The notes below the pieces were generated by a model that had not been told where the DNA came from, made no database searches, and saw only the letters and a program-made list of their open reading frames with translations. A program made the position numbers and the translations under genes. From NCBI RefSeq assembly GCF_000315625.1, contig NW_005434549.1, positions 79,101 to 143,100 on the forward strand: a DNA stretch of 64,000 nucleotides, read 5' to 3'. Positions 27,925 to 39,823 of the stretch are shown piece by piece. Positions within the stretch are counted from its first letter, which is position 1. Every line of letters begins with the position of its first letter. Source of the stretch: Guillardia theta CCMP2712. Taxonomy: Eukaryota; Protista; Cryptophyta.

Positions 27925-28630
27925 ATGGAGGTCGACATCTCCGAGTTCATGGAGACTGAGTTGGATGCCTGCCGCAGAGAGATGCTCGCGAAGGAGTAGT
28001 CATTCTTGTTCGCCAAGTTGCATCCGAAGGCCATATTTCCCATTTCCGGGCAAGAAGTGCAAAAATTGCCAATGTGCTCGTTGCATTGGATCCTCGGAGG
28101 TACAAGTGTTGCCAGTGGAATGTGTCATGCGCAAGGCTGTGGAGAAATGGATGAAGAAACATTGCGTTCGTTTCATGGCAAGTTGAGGTCAAACAGGACC
28201 AACATGTCAAACACCTTAGAAACAAGACAAAGTTGAAGAAAAACTACTTTGACCTTCCTGATGTGGAGAATGACAACTTTGACGTCATCTGAGTAGATGA
28301 TTACATGTCATTGACACCCAAATCCTACATACTGTATGGTAGCTGGTCCAAAATACCAACCTCTGGAGTTGAGTTCCACAGAAGCTTATCCAGCTGTTTA
28401 GGGACATACAGAAATTGAAAAGAGTCCTTGATCCAGCCACTGAAAAGATTCTTTTCACCAAGATTTCATATCCAGTGGAAATCCAACATGTGCAGACAAG
28501 GACTGATCTGGTGGAGGGTGGACTCTTCACACATTTCTTGGTTCACCACGATGAGACGCAAGCCCTGAACTTATCGCGTCTTTTAAAAGAACTTCTGAGG
28601 TTTGTCAGAACCAAGTTCTTCAGTACACTG
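27925..28630 (+). pseudogene. Probable frameshifted intronless pseudogene of unknown origin
   Basis: Protein-like segments in different frames (MEVDISEFMETELDACRR / DAREGVVILVRQVASEGHISHFRARSAKIANVLVALDPRRY / LIQLFRDIQKLKRVLDPATEKILFTKISYP...) with stops and no clear introns. Confidence 0.35.
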
Positions 28631-29579
28631 GCCGCCCCCGCCGGGCCGGAGTCCCGGGAAACATTGAACCAGATTTTTTTAAAATATCAACACTTGACTA
28701 AAAGTAAAAATGTAGTATAATAATAATAGAAATAATTCTACATCCCATGGACCCCGGCTCCCCCCTTTTAAAAACCACGAGGGACGTAGTTTCTGACACG
28801 GATGAACCCTGAGAGTAGATGAGATAGGTAGGGGGTGTTCGTAGGGAAATGTACGGGTGGGACTCAGAGTTCCTCCCGGGGTGGCACGGTGAGTGGTAGT
28901 AGGTGATCGAAGGATCAAGAGGGGGTGGGGGTGGTAAATTCCGTCCGGAGGAGGGTTCTGTAGCTCCGACGGAGAGAGATTTGAGAGACTCAAGACTTGA
29001 TTTGTGTTTTGTTTTGAAATTTACGTGAATATTTCCAAGTTTTGAAAAACAAATATCCGTAATCTATGACCCTGTACCCCTGAAAATTAATAATCTTTTC
29101 CCTTACAGAAGGACCCCACTAGGACCCCACCCAGCGCCCTTCCTGCGGGATGGATCTCGATGACCCCTCCCCTGAGCTGATTATTTGACGATAGATCCCT
29201 ATCTTCACACCTATCGCATTTTTGCCTAGAGCAATAGAGTATATTCTCTGGTCTAATACCATGTATCTTTCCATTCGATTTTCTGTAGTACCCCTAACCC
29301 CCTCAATGTGCTCACTGGAGAGGGAATGTGGTTTGACTACCCCTCCAATGCAAAAAGCCACCAAGGATAAGACGGATCCATACATTTGTCTCTTTCCCTC
29401 TCCTCCATTTAAGACATCATCACCTCTTCTTGTAAACAGCTGAGATTGTTCATAGTCCCGCACACAGAGCAACTCTCTCTCTCTGGTCAGAAAGTTGATA
29501 AGTGCAACTCGTTAGCACCACGATAGAGCTGAACACGAAAACTCCAATACGATCGAGGCTTGAATTCTGTAGTGATAGG

Positions 29580-29975
29580 ATGAGGTCAAGGAGACATTCA
29601 TCGCCGGTCATCATAACTCCGATGTTTCACTCTGGTGTGAAAGAAATTAGTTGCAATGGACGCAAAGGCTCCAAGTGCGACATAATGCTGGATGTCATGA
29701 AACAAGCAAGGCAAGCGACAACCAATGAGCATGTACTGCAAGAGTTGCAGGAATTCCACACGAGAAGCGAAGGTAGTTGTAGTTTGCGGATTGAAGAAAC
29801 GAGCAACAATGGGATCGTGGAGGATGATACCATCTCTGAAGGATCACTAGGAGAAAGGGCTATCGACTTTGCAGGAAATGTACTTCGACGAAGCAGCTAC
29901 CCGTCAATCAACTACATGTCAGGAAATCCACTCTTGAACACAATTGATCGCTATGGAAATTTTGTGGCCAAGTAG
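29580..29975 (+). CDS. Intronless hypothetical protein with twin (A/T)IDxxGN motif
   Basis: ORF MRSRRHSSP...AIDFAGNV...TIDRYGNFVAK*; its C-terminus is similar to that of ORF 13366-13890. Confidence 0.6.
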   Translation: MRSRRHSSPVIITPMFHSGVKEISCNGRKGSKCDIMLDVMKQARQATTNEHVLQELQEFHTRSEGSCSLRIEETSNNGIVEDDTISEGSLGERAIDFAGNVLRRSSYPSINYMSGNPLLNTIDRYGNFVAK

Positions 29976-30605
29976 TGAAACAAGTTTTTTGCGAACTGTA
30001 AATTAGATTCTGTATTTGTCACATATTCTGCATTTTTCATAATGAATATTCTAAACAATTGCATGCCACATACAGAGAATTCATTATATTAAATATTCCA
30101 CTCCATGATACGAAACATGCGTAGTAGTAAAAGGTTCACGCACATGTTCTATTTGAATTGACGGTATTGTTGCTTGTGTGAATCAACATTTCCCTCCCCA
30201 GGAAGAATGTTGTGATATGTAATTTAAACTCTCTCAAAAATTACACTTTGGGCTTCCTACACGTTCATGCTCTTGCTCTCACTTTAATGCTAGCCTGCAG
30301 ACCCTTGGGATCTGTGAATGATGCCAACAACATACAATAGATTCAACCTCTTGCGTAAAAAACAAGAAGAAATTCCTTTTGACATAGTAATGAAATCGTG
30401 TGAGAAGGAAGATGAAACCGTATGAATTCATCATCAATTGCCAATTACAACAAAGCAAATACAAACAAAAAACAAGATTTTAGGCGTTCAGATTTATTCA
30501 AAATTAGAACGATAGAGCCAAATTGGTCACACCAAGTAAGCCAACTAAGCTTAGGATCTGATCAACAACCTGGGCGATTGTAAAGGAGCTTCTTCATATA
30601 TATAT

Positions 30606-30680
30606 CCAAAGAAATTTGGTGACATCGCCAAAGAAATTTGGTGAAAACGAAATTTGGTGAAATTAGGTTATGGTGAAATC
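30606..30680. repeat. Short degenerate direct repeats of GAAATTTGGTGA
   Basis: CCAAAGAAATTTGGTGA x2 plus GAAATTTGGTGAAA and TGGTGAAA. Confidence 0.75.
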
Positions 30681-30842
30681 GCAGCCCTCAAATCAACTTT
30701 GGTCTCAATCGACCATCACAATCCCCAACAAAAGCCCAGAACTCATGTTGCCACAGAACAATTGCCCTTGGGGCTATGATTTACACGAATAACATGAAAG
30801 ATTCCAGCAACTCCTGCCAGCTGCCATCCAGGGTAGGAGACT

Positions 30843-31664
30843 TCATACCCTCATCGCCGCCAAGTGTCGCTTTACGAAACGTGACAGCCATCCAGGATTC
30901 GCCTCGAAGCCAACAGTCCCCATCTCCTTAGCGAGCAGGTTAGCTCTTACACACAATTTCTCATCGTTGCACGGCATCCCAGACATCAAAATCCTGCGAT
31001 CCTCCTCGCCCAACGACTCAAGGAATCTCTTCTCGAACTCTGTCACAGCTGAGCATCGACGAATCGTCAGGTCGACGCCAATGTTCAGCGACTTCTTGAT
31101 CTTGGCAATGTTTCTTGGATGCAGGATCTTTGAGATGGCAGATCTACATTTTCCATACATCTCAGCGATCTGAGCCTGTGTCTTCTTGTCTCCTGGACTA
31201 GAAGACTCCTGCATCCTCACGATCTCAAGCTTCTGAGCCAGTGTCAACCTCCTCTTCCCCTTGCAAGCTGACTTGTGCTTCTTCTTCTGATTCTCGGTCC
31301 ACGATCTCCCTTTCTTCATCTCAGCAATCTCTTTATATTGCTTCGATTTCATCTCTGCACAAGGCTGCGAGCTGCTCTCATTTTCGTCCGAGGTTTCCTG
31401 CTCATCTTGCACGATACCTTCCTCCTCCATATCGCGGTCGAGTTCTTGTTGCAGAAGACCATGGAAAGGCTGACTACACGAGTCGTTCAAAATGAAATCA
31501 CCTTGGTCCTCAACAATGTCTAGACTCTGCATGGGTATCGCACAGCAGCACGGACATAGGCACCTTTCAAACTCTGCTTCAAGGGGAAATACATCTTTTA
31601 GCAAGTCAAAATCTGGATCTCTTGCATCCAGAGCATCGGCAAATAGTGTTCCGGTCGAGTGCAT
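30843..31664 (-). CDS. CENP-B/Tigger-type double-HTH DNA-binding protein lacking the DDE domain, intronless
   Basis: KRRLTLAQKLEIVRM...TQAQIAEMYGKCRSAISKIL (CENP-B N-terminal/psq HTH) and EFEKRF...GMPCNDEKLCVRANLLAKEMG..GFEANPGWLSRFVKRH (Tc5/CENP-B HTH). The stop follows immediately. Confidence 0.85.
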   Translation of the reverse strand: MHSTGTLFADALDARDPDFDLLKDVFPLEAEFERCLCPCCCAIPMQSLDIVEDQGDFILNDSCSQPFHGLLQQELDRDMEEEGIVQDEQETSDENESSSQPCAEMKSKQYKEIAEMKKGRSWTENQKKKHKSACKGKRRLTLAQKLEIVRMQESSSPGDKKTQAQIAEMYGKCRSAISKILHPRNIAKIKKSLNIGVDLTIRRCSAVTEFEKRFLESLGEEDRRILMSGMPCNDEKLCVRANLLAKEMGTVGFEANPGWLSRFVKRHLAAMRV

Positions 31665-31787
31665 TACTCTCTCCTTGTCTCTTGATAACGCAGATGCACG
31701 AGGGTTGAATTATGAATAGCCTTCTTCCTTGGTTTACGCCGAAGTCAAGGATTGGCCTCGTCCCCTCGGAATTCACTTCGAGAGTAC

Positions 31788-31862
31788 GAGGGCAACGGAG
31801 GGCAACGAAGAAAAGTAGGAGGGCAACGAAGAAAAGTAGGAGGGCAACGAAGGCAAGTAGGA
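31788..31862. repeat. 21-bp tandem repeat (GGAGGGCAACGAAGAAAAGTA), about 3 copies
   Basis: Direct reading. Confidence 0.85.
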
Positions 31863-32984
31863 GGACAAAGAAGGCAAAGGAGATATGCTCTGTGGAGCTT
31901 CAGGAAGGGTTTGGCTGGGTGATTAGAGCGTGTGGGGACCGGGGGGGGGGGGGGATGGGAGGGGAAGGGAGGGAGCGATCGCTGCTGAATGAAGCGAGGA
32001 ATAAGCCTTTAAAAAAGCGGGGAGGGCGGACAAGAAGAGGACGTCCAACTGAAGATAAGGTTGGGGTGGGGGTACTCCTTCTACCCGTCATTTCCTGCAT
32101 ATAAATGTGGGTACAATAATGAGTTTCCTGGTGGGGGGTTCGATCGGAAACACCATATTTTATTTTTATAAGTGTTTTGAAGGGGGTAGGGGGTGTCATG
32201 AAAGGGGTAGGTGGGTGCATTCGGCACCAGCGAGAGTGGGGCTATAGCACAAGCTCCCTGATTTGATAGCAGCAGCTAGTCTCACATACTGACAGGTAAA
32301 ATTTGGAGTAGACAGGAACTTCCATGGGTGGTGAGGGGTACATAAAACCTATGGTGGTGGGGGTTACCTTGGCAAAAAAGAATTTTCCTTCTATTGGGCA
32401 GCCGCGTTTGCTGTGGGGTCCGTTGGAAAAGGATGGGGTACTGTAGCGGTTGATTCCACTGATAGGAAGTAGGGTGGGTGGACAATACTGGCAGAGGGGG
32501 TCGTGACCATATCTGGTTTTAGTTAAACTGATTAGAGGGGGTGGTGTTAAACAGGTCGGTCACCATAGGGTGGGCTGTAGGAGCTCTCTATCTGCAGGTC
32601 AAACAATGCAACGGTTCGGACGGCAACAGGGGAATCAGGGATGAGAACCAAGACCGAAAAAGAGTTATTCCAAGAACTGATGACTCATCGTAAAGTGAAA
32701 AGACTTATTTTGGATCTGGTATGTTACACCTATCACAAGGGCAATTGTCAATCCGGCCACCACATCAGTTCGAGTCATGGGACACGAGTGACCGTACTGG
32801 GCCCGCCCGACCTTGGAGGGCAGCAAGGAGATACTAGTGCTAAGAGTCACAAGATCACTGACTCGTCCGAGGGCAGTGGATTCACTCACCAGCCCGGCGG
32901 GTCACCGGGTGGTTCCGACCGTAGCAGCCACGGTTTGAGGGCCCAGCATTACTATCATCATAGTGGGTCCTCGTACTGAACCTT

Positions 32985-33600
32985 ACCTAACTTTGAGTAA
33001 AGAAATTCAGTTGAATCAAGAGGCAACAGCGGCGCCGCTCCGACTCGAGTCGGGACGGTCATTATTCATATGATTCCGTTGGCATCCGATGACCGTACGG
33101 TACGGTACGGTACTTACTAGCCTAGTACTGTACAATACGGTCTGTGACTAACATCATTTTTCGAGCCCAAAAATTGCCAGGGAAAAAAGAATGGAGAAAG
33201 TCCGATGCGGGTTTTTTTTTTGACTGGTTTTTTTTAACTTCCCCGCGTAGTCTCCTTCCCAAACCTGCCTAGGCCATTCCATCCATACGCCCGGCGCCGG
33301 TCGGACCCCCCCGGGTCGCCACCGGGGGCCTCAGTCCGACCTCAGCGCCGCGGCCGGACGGGAGTCGGAGCCGGGCGCCGCGGAGCCGCTCACTGAGTCA
33401 ATCATGATCATCGGATCCCGGGCGCCGGGCCCGCCGCCGCGCGCGGCGTCCCGCCCGGCCGCCGCCGGCCGGCGGCCGCGGCCGGGGCCCCGGGCCACTG
33501 GCACTCGAGGCTCCGTGGCTCACCGTCTGAGGTGGCCGCAGCCCGGCCCGCATTCATGATTCCCGCCGTCCGGTCGGACTCCGGGGAATTTGGAAACTTG
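32985..33600. promoter_or_regulatory. GC/CpG-rich island between divergent genes (CENP-B-like and CARMIL-like)
   Basis: Contains AACTTTGAGTAAAG at 32989, (GTACG)n at about 33095, TGACTGGTTTTTTTTAACTT at 33221 and CACTGAGTCA at 33391. Confidence 0.55.
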
Positions 33601-34317
33601 GCTAGCCTGATCGTGAGAAGTTGATAATTTTGGGTTGTGGGGGGGGTAGTAGTTGCTCAGAGGTATAAAAGTACCGGGTCTTCATCGATGAATTTCATAG
33701 CGAAGGACGGGTACTGGAAGAGAGCATCGGGTACGTGTGTTCACTTCCAGTGGTCATTCTTCGGATTCCCAGCACCCCCCCTTCTGTCTTGAACTGAACC
33801 GGTAACCGAAGTACCCCTACCCACAAAAACAATGTTAAATGGACCGGTGTGTACCTGCAGTATGTCTCATACAAACCTCTGGTTGCATAGCTTCGTCGTC
33901 TCAGCCACTCTTCCTCGCTCTCCTCGTACCCGCCCTCTCACCCCCTCACGTCCTTCTGATATGTGCTCGCTCTTGCTTACCTCGACAAGTGCTGCAAGAT
34001 TGCTCGGCTTTGCTGCCTTGGGATGTACGCTTGTTCCCTTTCGTCAACACCTCTCATTGCTGTGGAGTGGTGTGACATGTTTGCGCACTGTTGGACCTCC
34101 AGACATGTATTGTAATGACTCAATCACACAATGAGGTGGCAATTTGCATTCTTTTTCAGGGTTGTTTTGGCTCTCTGCGATGTGACCTGTTTCCCATTGC
34201 GCTGAATTTGCCCCCCCCCCCCCCCTCTAGCCCGCCCACCTCACCCCAATAGGGTAACAATCCCTTCTCACTCTGCTTTCACATGCAGGTACCTCAAGTA
34301 CTCCTTGACCATCGACC

Positions 34318-37229
34318 ATGCCAGTGTACTTCTGCGGGGCCTGTGGGCATGCCTGCCAGGACCACTTCAGGTTCTGCGGTCAATGCGGAGCGCCCTTGCC
34401 TCTGCCTGCGCCTGCTGGTCATAGGCAGGGAGGCACAACCAATGACACACATGCGGAGCAGGACGTGCTCCGCTACAAGCCTCAGTTCCTGGACTGGCAG
34501 GACAAGACCGTCACCTTCGAGCTGCGAGAGATCCAGCTCTTCTTCGCTCCCAAGACGAAGGCGTCCTACCGCTGTCAACAGGAGAAGGAGCGCAGCATCT
34601 GTGTCTCTTCCTATGGACGGATCGGCATCGTCAAGAAAGCCAAGATGAATGGTGACTCCCTTGCGTGCACCTACAGCGCAAGCGATCATGTCGCCAACAT
34701 TCGGAAGGCACAGCTCTCAGGCCAGACCTTGAGCATGACCCTGAACGGGAGAGACTGGACAATCACTTTCTCCAGCGCAGGGGAGGCGCAGAAAGCTGCG
34801 AGTGCCATCCTCACTGTGGCAATGATGCTGTTCCAAGGGCCTCCTCCCTTCGAGCTCTCAGGGTCTGAGGTCAAGGACAGGTTCGTTCGCCCTGCCGATG
34901 ACATCATCATCTCCTCGAACCTGCCGCCCGGCTGGAAGGTGTGCTATTTCAACGAGGGTCCCCGGAAGTACACCTACTACATGGACCTGAGAAACCTGCA
35001 GACAACTTGGCAGCTCCCAGCTGATGTTGTTGAGATGGTGTCACTCTCGACAAAGAAGAGGTATCCCCGGTTCCTGGCTGACAGAGGCTTCTTCGTCTCC
35101 TTCGCCATGTGGTCAATCTATTACGAGGTTCAGAGCAGTCTCGACCTGGATCCTGATTTCATCTACAGAGGCTCCTTCCCCGTCAATGACGTCTTCTCCT
35201 CTACCTCGGGCATGGAGCCGTACTGGTGCAGGCCGGGCGCCGTCAACGCGCACGATGGGCAGACGAGCACTGTTCTGAACCTCACCTTCTTCACCTCCAA
35301 GGCTTGCAACCTGACCAGCGACGGAACGATCAGTGAGTCTTTCTTGGATCGCGTCTGGCTGCCTGCCATGCTGAACGCGCTGAGGCCGAACAAGTTCTTC
35401 ACCGGCGTCATCATGGACGACGGCAAGGCTGACCCTAAGGCTGAGCCGATGCAGTGGCCATGGAGGACTGAGGACACTTTCATACCAAACAGCTTCGGCA
35501 AGTTCCTGCAGATGCTCAAGATGTCGACCAAGAAGTTCGCTGAGCTCCGCCTCTCCCGCGGCTCCCTCAAGTGCGTGTTCCCTGAACAAAAGAACCCCTT
35601 GACGCATCGGCTGGAAATGAAGATTGTGAGCGGCCGGCACATGCCCAAGAAAGATCTCTTCGGCAAGATCGACACTTTTGTAGACTGCTCACTGAGTGGA
35701 GTGCAGACCTCTCCAGGTGAAAGGAGGAGACGGAGGGGGAGATGGAGGAGGTGGAGGAGGTGGAGGACAAGGGATGAACTTGTTGATCTCTTGGGGCGAC
35801 GTCTGACATTTGTTCGCAGAGAAACTTTCAACGAGGTATATCCCTTCGGAGTACAACCCCGACTGGCATCACGCGGTAGCTGCCGATGGACTGACAGTGT
35901 GGATGGCTGAGACGCTGCTGGCAGGAAAACTTCGGAGCGATCCCCCGCTTTACCTTCTTCACCAGCAGCAACAAGTCAGTCCGAGCTGAGAACGTTGTGT
36001 GGGACCACAACACGGTCAAGTACAACGACCTGGTGAGAGGAGGCGGGAGGAAGGAGGAAGCTGACCTGAGGCAGGTTGGTAACATGCCGTTCGACATCCC
36101 TTCGGACAAGCTCATGCATGAGAATTGGTACCCTGTGTTCGATCCAAAGGTAGGAGGAGGAGGAGGAGGAGGAGGAGGAGGAGGAGGAGGAGGAGGAGGA
36201 GATACTAACGGATGAATCAGTCGCAGAAGAAGATTGTCGGCAACGATAAGCAGGAATCTCTCATCCTCGTTCAAACTGAATGGTCAGACTTTCACTCCGC
36301 CTCCTCCCTGTTCTCGGCCACTGGAGGAGGAGGAGCAGGGCAGCTTGCTGTGCTGGACTTGAGCGGTTGCACCGAGCTCACTCCTCAAGTTCTCTCCAGC
36401 ACACTGCAGGGAGTCGGAAAGCTGAAGGAGCTGGTCCTTGGCTCTATGGCTCCTGCCTGCGGTCCGGTGATCGTCGAAAGCCTCATCAAGAGCATGTGGA
36501 GGAGCGGGTATGCTGTCCCTCAAGCATGGCGACCGGGCACCGAGTTCACGCTAGGGCAGAAGAGCGCGTACCTGACTGGCAAGTTCGTGGTAGTGAAAGG
36601 GCTCGGGCACGGGTGGGAGATGAAGCAGACGCCGGACGGCAAGCAGTACTTCATCAACCACATCCGCAAGGGGACTCAGTGGGAGGCGCCCGGCAACGGC
36701 TTCGTCTTCGGGCAGGTGGCAGGAGTGAAGGATGCAGAGAGCTGGGTGATCGACGTGGAGGGTCTTACTAGAGTCGTGCCCCTCAAGGAGATCGGGATGA
36801 TCGCGCCGGAGCTCCGGCCATGGGCCTCGTCCCTCAGGGTCCTCGACGTGAGTGACTTGCGCGTCAACGTCGAGCATCTGCAGAGCCTCGCCGAGACCAT
36901 CGTCCTTATGCCGAACCTGGCCACCATCAAGCAGAGGAACGTGGACCCCTCCTTCCTCCTCAATGCCATGAGGTCCTGCAGGGAGATCGGGGGTACCCTA
37001 CCTCCCCTCCAGCAGATCGACCTCAGCCAGCTCAACACGGGAGCTGTCTACGACTGGTCGGCCCTCGTCCCTGCCCTGTTGGCGGTACGAGAGACCCTCA
37101 ACACGCCTGGTGCCGAGATCATGCTCAGCGGCCTGTTCAGCTCCTGCGACGTCGGCCAGCAAATGAAGGTGAAGTCCAGAATCCTCCACCTCGTCATCTT
37201 CCTTCTCTTCCTCCTTTTCTTCCTCCTAT

Positions 37230-37260
<31 letters not shown>

Positions 37261-39797
37261 ACACCTACTACTAGAACTACTCTCACTGCTCTCTCTTCGT
37301 TCTTCTCTTCTTTCTCACTGCACCCTCCTCCTTCCTCCTTCCTCCTTCCTCCTACTGCTCGTTCTCCCTGTTCCTCCCTGGCCCATCCCCCCCCCCCCCC
37401 CCCCCTCCCCCCTCCCTCCTGCTCTTGCTCCTCCCCTTCGCTGACGTGATGCTGCAGATCTTTGGTGACCTCATGAGTATCCTGGATTTGACCTCCCTCA
37501 GCACCAGCGTGATTGAGGTGCCTCCTGCTGCGGGAGCTCAGACAGCCGTCCTGTCCGGCATCATCGAGAGCTCGAGGTTCTGTGGAATTCTTGGTAAGCA
37601 GAATCGTAGAGATCAGCAGAGCAAGGCAGAGAGGCAGGCTGGGGGAGGAGAGAGGAGGGGTGAAGTCAGCAGAAGAGACGAGACGAGGATGAGAGGAGAG
37701 GGAAGACGAGGGGGAGAGGAGGGGTGAAGTCAGCAGAAGAGACGAGACGAGGATGAGAGGAGAGGGAAGACGAGGGGGAGAGGAGGGGTGAAGTCAGCAG
37801 AAGAGACGAGACGAGGATGAGAGGAGAGGGAAGACGAGGGGGAGAGGAGGGGTGAAGTCAGCAGAAGAGACGAGACGAGGATGAGAGGAGAGGGAAGAGG
37901 AGGGGGAGAGGAGGGGTGAAGTCAGAAGAAGAGACGAGACGAGGATGAGAGGAGAGGGAAGAGGAGGGGGAGGGAAGGAAGGAGGGGGCAGGAGCTTGTA
38001 CTGACAGATCCCCTGCAGACTGCAGCGACAAGTCGTTGAGGATCGTGACTGCGACCATTCAAGGGATGAAACGAAACTGCTTCATCTCCGGACTCATTCT
38101 GCGTCGCATCGAGAAGCTCCCCAACATGATGTACCCGTTGGGAGATACGGTAGGAGGACGAGGAAGGGGAGGAGGACCATGGGGGGAGCGGGGACGGGGA
38201 GGAGGAAGGAGGGGAAGAAGCAGGGGCAACAGGAGGCGAGGAGAATGAATTCTGACAGAGACAGTACAGATGCTCTCTAAGGAGATGGTGGAGATGCTCC
38301 AGCAGAATCAGACCATGAAGAGCCTGGACATGGCGGAGAACTCCATGCTGCGCGTCGACTTTCCTCCCGGAGCCACCCTCGACACCGTCCCTAACTCCCA
38401 CCTTTGCACGCGCATCCTTGCTCGGAACAGCTGGCCCTCGGGTAGTGAGATGACCAACGTGGCGGGGATCTTGAATGGCCTCGGTCAGAACAGGAGCATC
38501 ACTGCCCTTGACGTCAGGTAGGAAGGAGGAGGAGGAGGAGGAGGAGGAGGAGGAGGAGGAGGAGGGAGAGGCGGATCAGAGGTGCAGGAAGATGAGGAAG
38601 TAAGTGGACATGAGTGAAAGTTGGTGATAGATATGGAGGTGTAGAAAAGGTGGTAGAGGAAAAGCAGAAAGGGGAAGGAGGGTATAGAAGGAGAGGGGCA
38701 CGACTGAGGGATGGGAGGAGGAGGAGGAGGAGGAGGAGGAGGAGGCTGACTGCATTTTTCAACAGGCTGTGCGACCTTTCAGATGTTGGAGGCACAGCGC
38801 TGGGGCAGGCGATGAGGAGCAACAGGACGGTGACAAGCCTCAAGTTCGACGTGAACGGGCTGTCGATCGAGGGGATCAAGGGCTTCAAGGGCTGCCTGTA
38901 CGGCAACAAGAAGCTCGTCGACGTGCCTCCTCCTTACGTTGATATCATGTGCCTCCTTGGACCCCAGGAGCAGATCATTCAGTCATCCCTCCGAGAGGTA
39001 CAGGAAGCCAAGGTCAAGATCAAGATCGCCTGCCGCGGCGGGCGGGTGAAGCCATGGCTAGGCAACCCGGCCCTGAAGGCGAAGTCGCTCGAGGAGCTGC
39101 GCGCGGCTAAGAGGAGGGAGGGAGCTGCGAGGAGGTACATGAAGAAAGTGCGCGAGACTGTGAAGGACGTGTGGGGGCGCATCGATGGCAACAAGGTAGA
39201 CGACTGTTGCTGTTGGTGGTGGTGGGAGTGTGACAAGCACTGTGAAGCAACTGCAACAAGAGAAGATGATGGTGAAGGAGCAGAAACGGTACGATCAGGT
39301 GATGCGGCAGGAGGCGAAGAAGCAAAAGTTCCTCAGCCTGCGGTACAACAAGATGAAGAATGTGCAGGTAACGACATGCACGAGGAGGAGACATTAATGA
39401 CGCAGCAACAGTACAAGAGGTATCGCTCAGGCGGCTACGGCCGTTACCGCCGTGACCGCTACTACCATGACAACTACTACTACAACGATCATTACCATCA
39501 CGATTATGATCGCTACGACGATGATTATGACTTTGACGATGACGGCAACGCCATGATGGCGGCGGACATGAACGAGCAAGACCTTGCGGTACGACCTGGC
39601 ACGGAAGGAGCGTACCTGACGAGGTTCCGGTGTAGGAGGAAGCCGCTCTGGATGCGGACGGCGGAAAGGAGCAGGATGGCGAACAGGAGCAGGACGATGC
39701 CAATGATCTCGAGGACGTGGAGGGATATGGGGGATCGGGACCCAGAGACCTCTGGGACGGGGGAGAGGATCGAAGCCGCAACATGAAGATCATGTGA
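34318..39797 (+). CDS. CARMIL-like multidomain protein: Zn-ribbon, PH-like, WW, C2, LRRs with a second WW, multi-exon
   Basis: FCGACG...FCGQCGAPL (Zn ribbon); LPPGWKV...YYMDLRNLQTTWQLP (WW, about 34921-35019); LEMKIVSGRHMPKKDLFGKIDTFV...WDHN (C2); LGHGWEMKQTPDGKQYFINHIRKGTQWEAP (WW). RI-like LRRs ending LGQNRSITALDV / LGQAMRSNRTVTSLKFDVN...NKKLVDVPPPYVDI resemble the CARMIL LRR C-cap. Confidence 0.8.
37651..37970. repeat. 64-bp purine-rich minisatellite, 5 copies, intronic
   Basis: TGAAGTCAG recurs at 37661, 37725, 37789, 37853 and 37917, a period of 64. Confidence 0.95.
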
Positions 39798-39823
39798 GAG
39801 GAGGAGAGGTGCTAACGTGGCAG

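Noticed and set aside
32641-32979. 112-aa plus ORF
   Set aside because: No motif, and it runs into island sequence; insufficient support.
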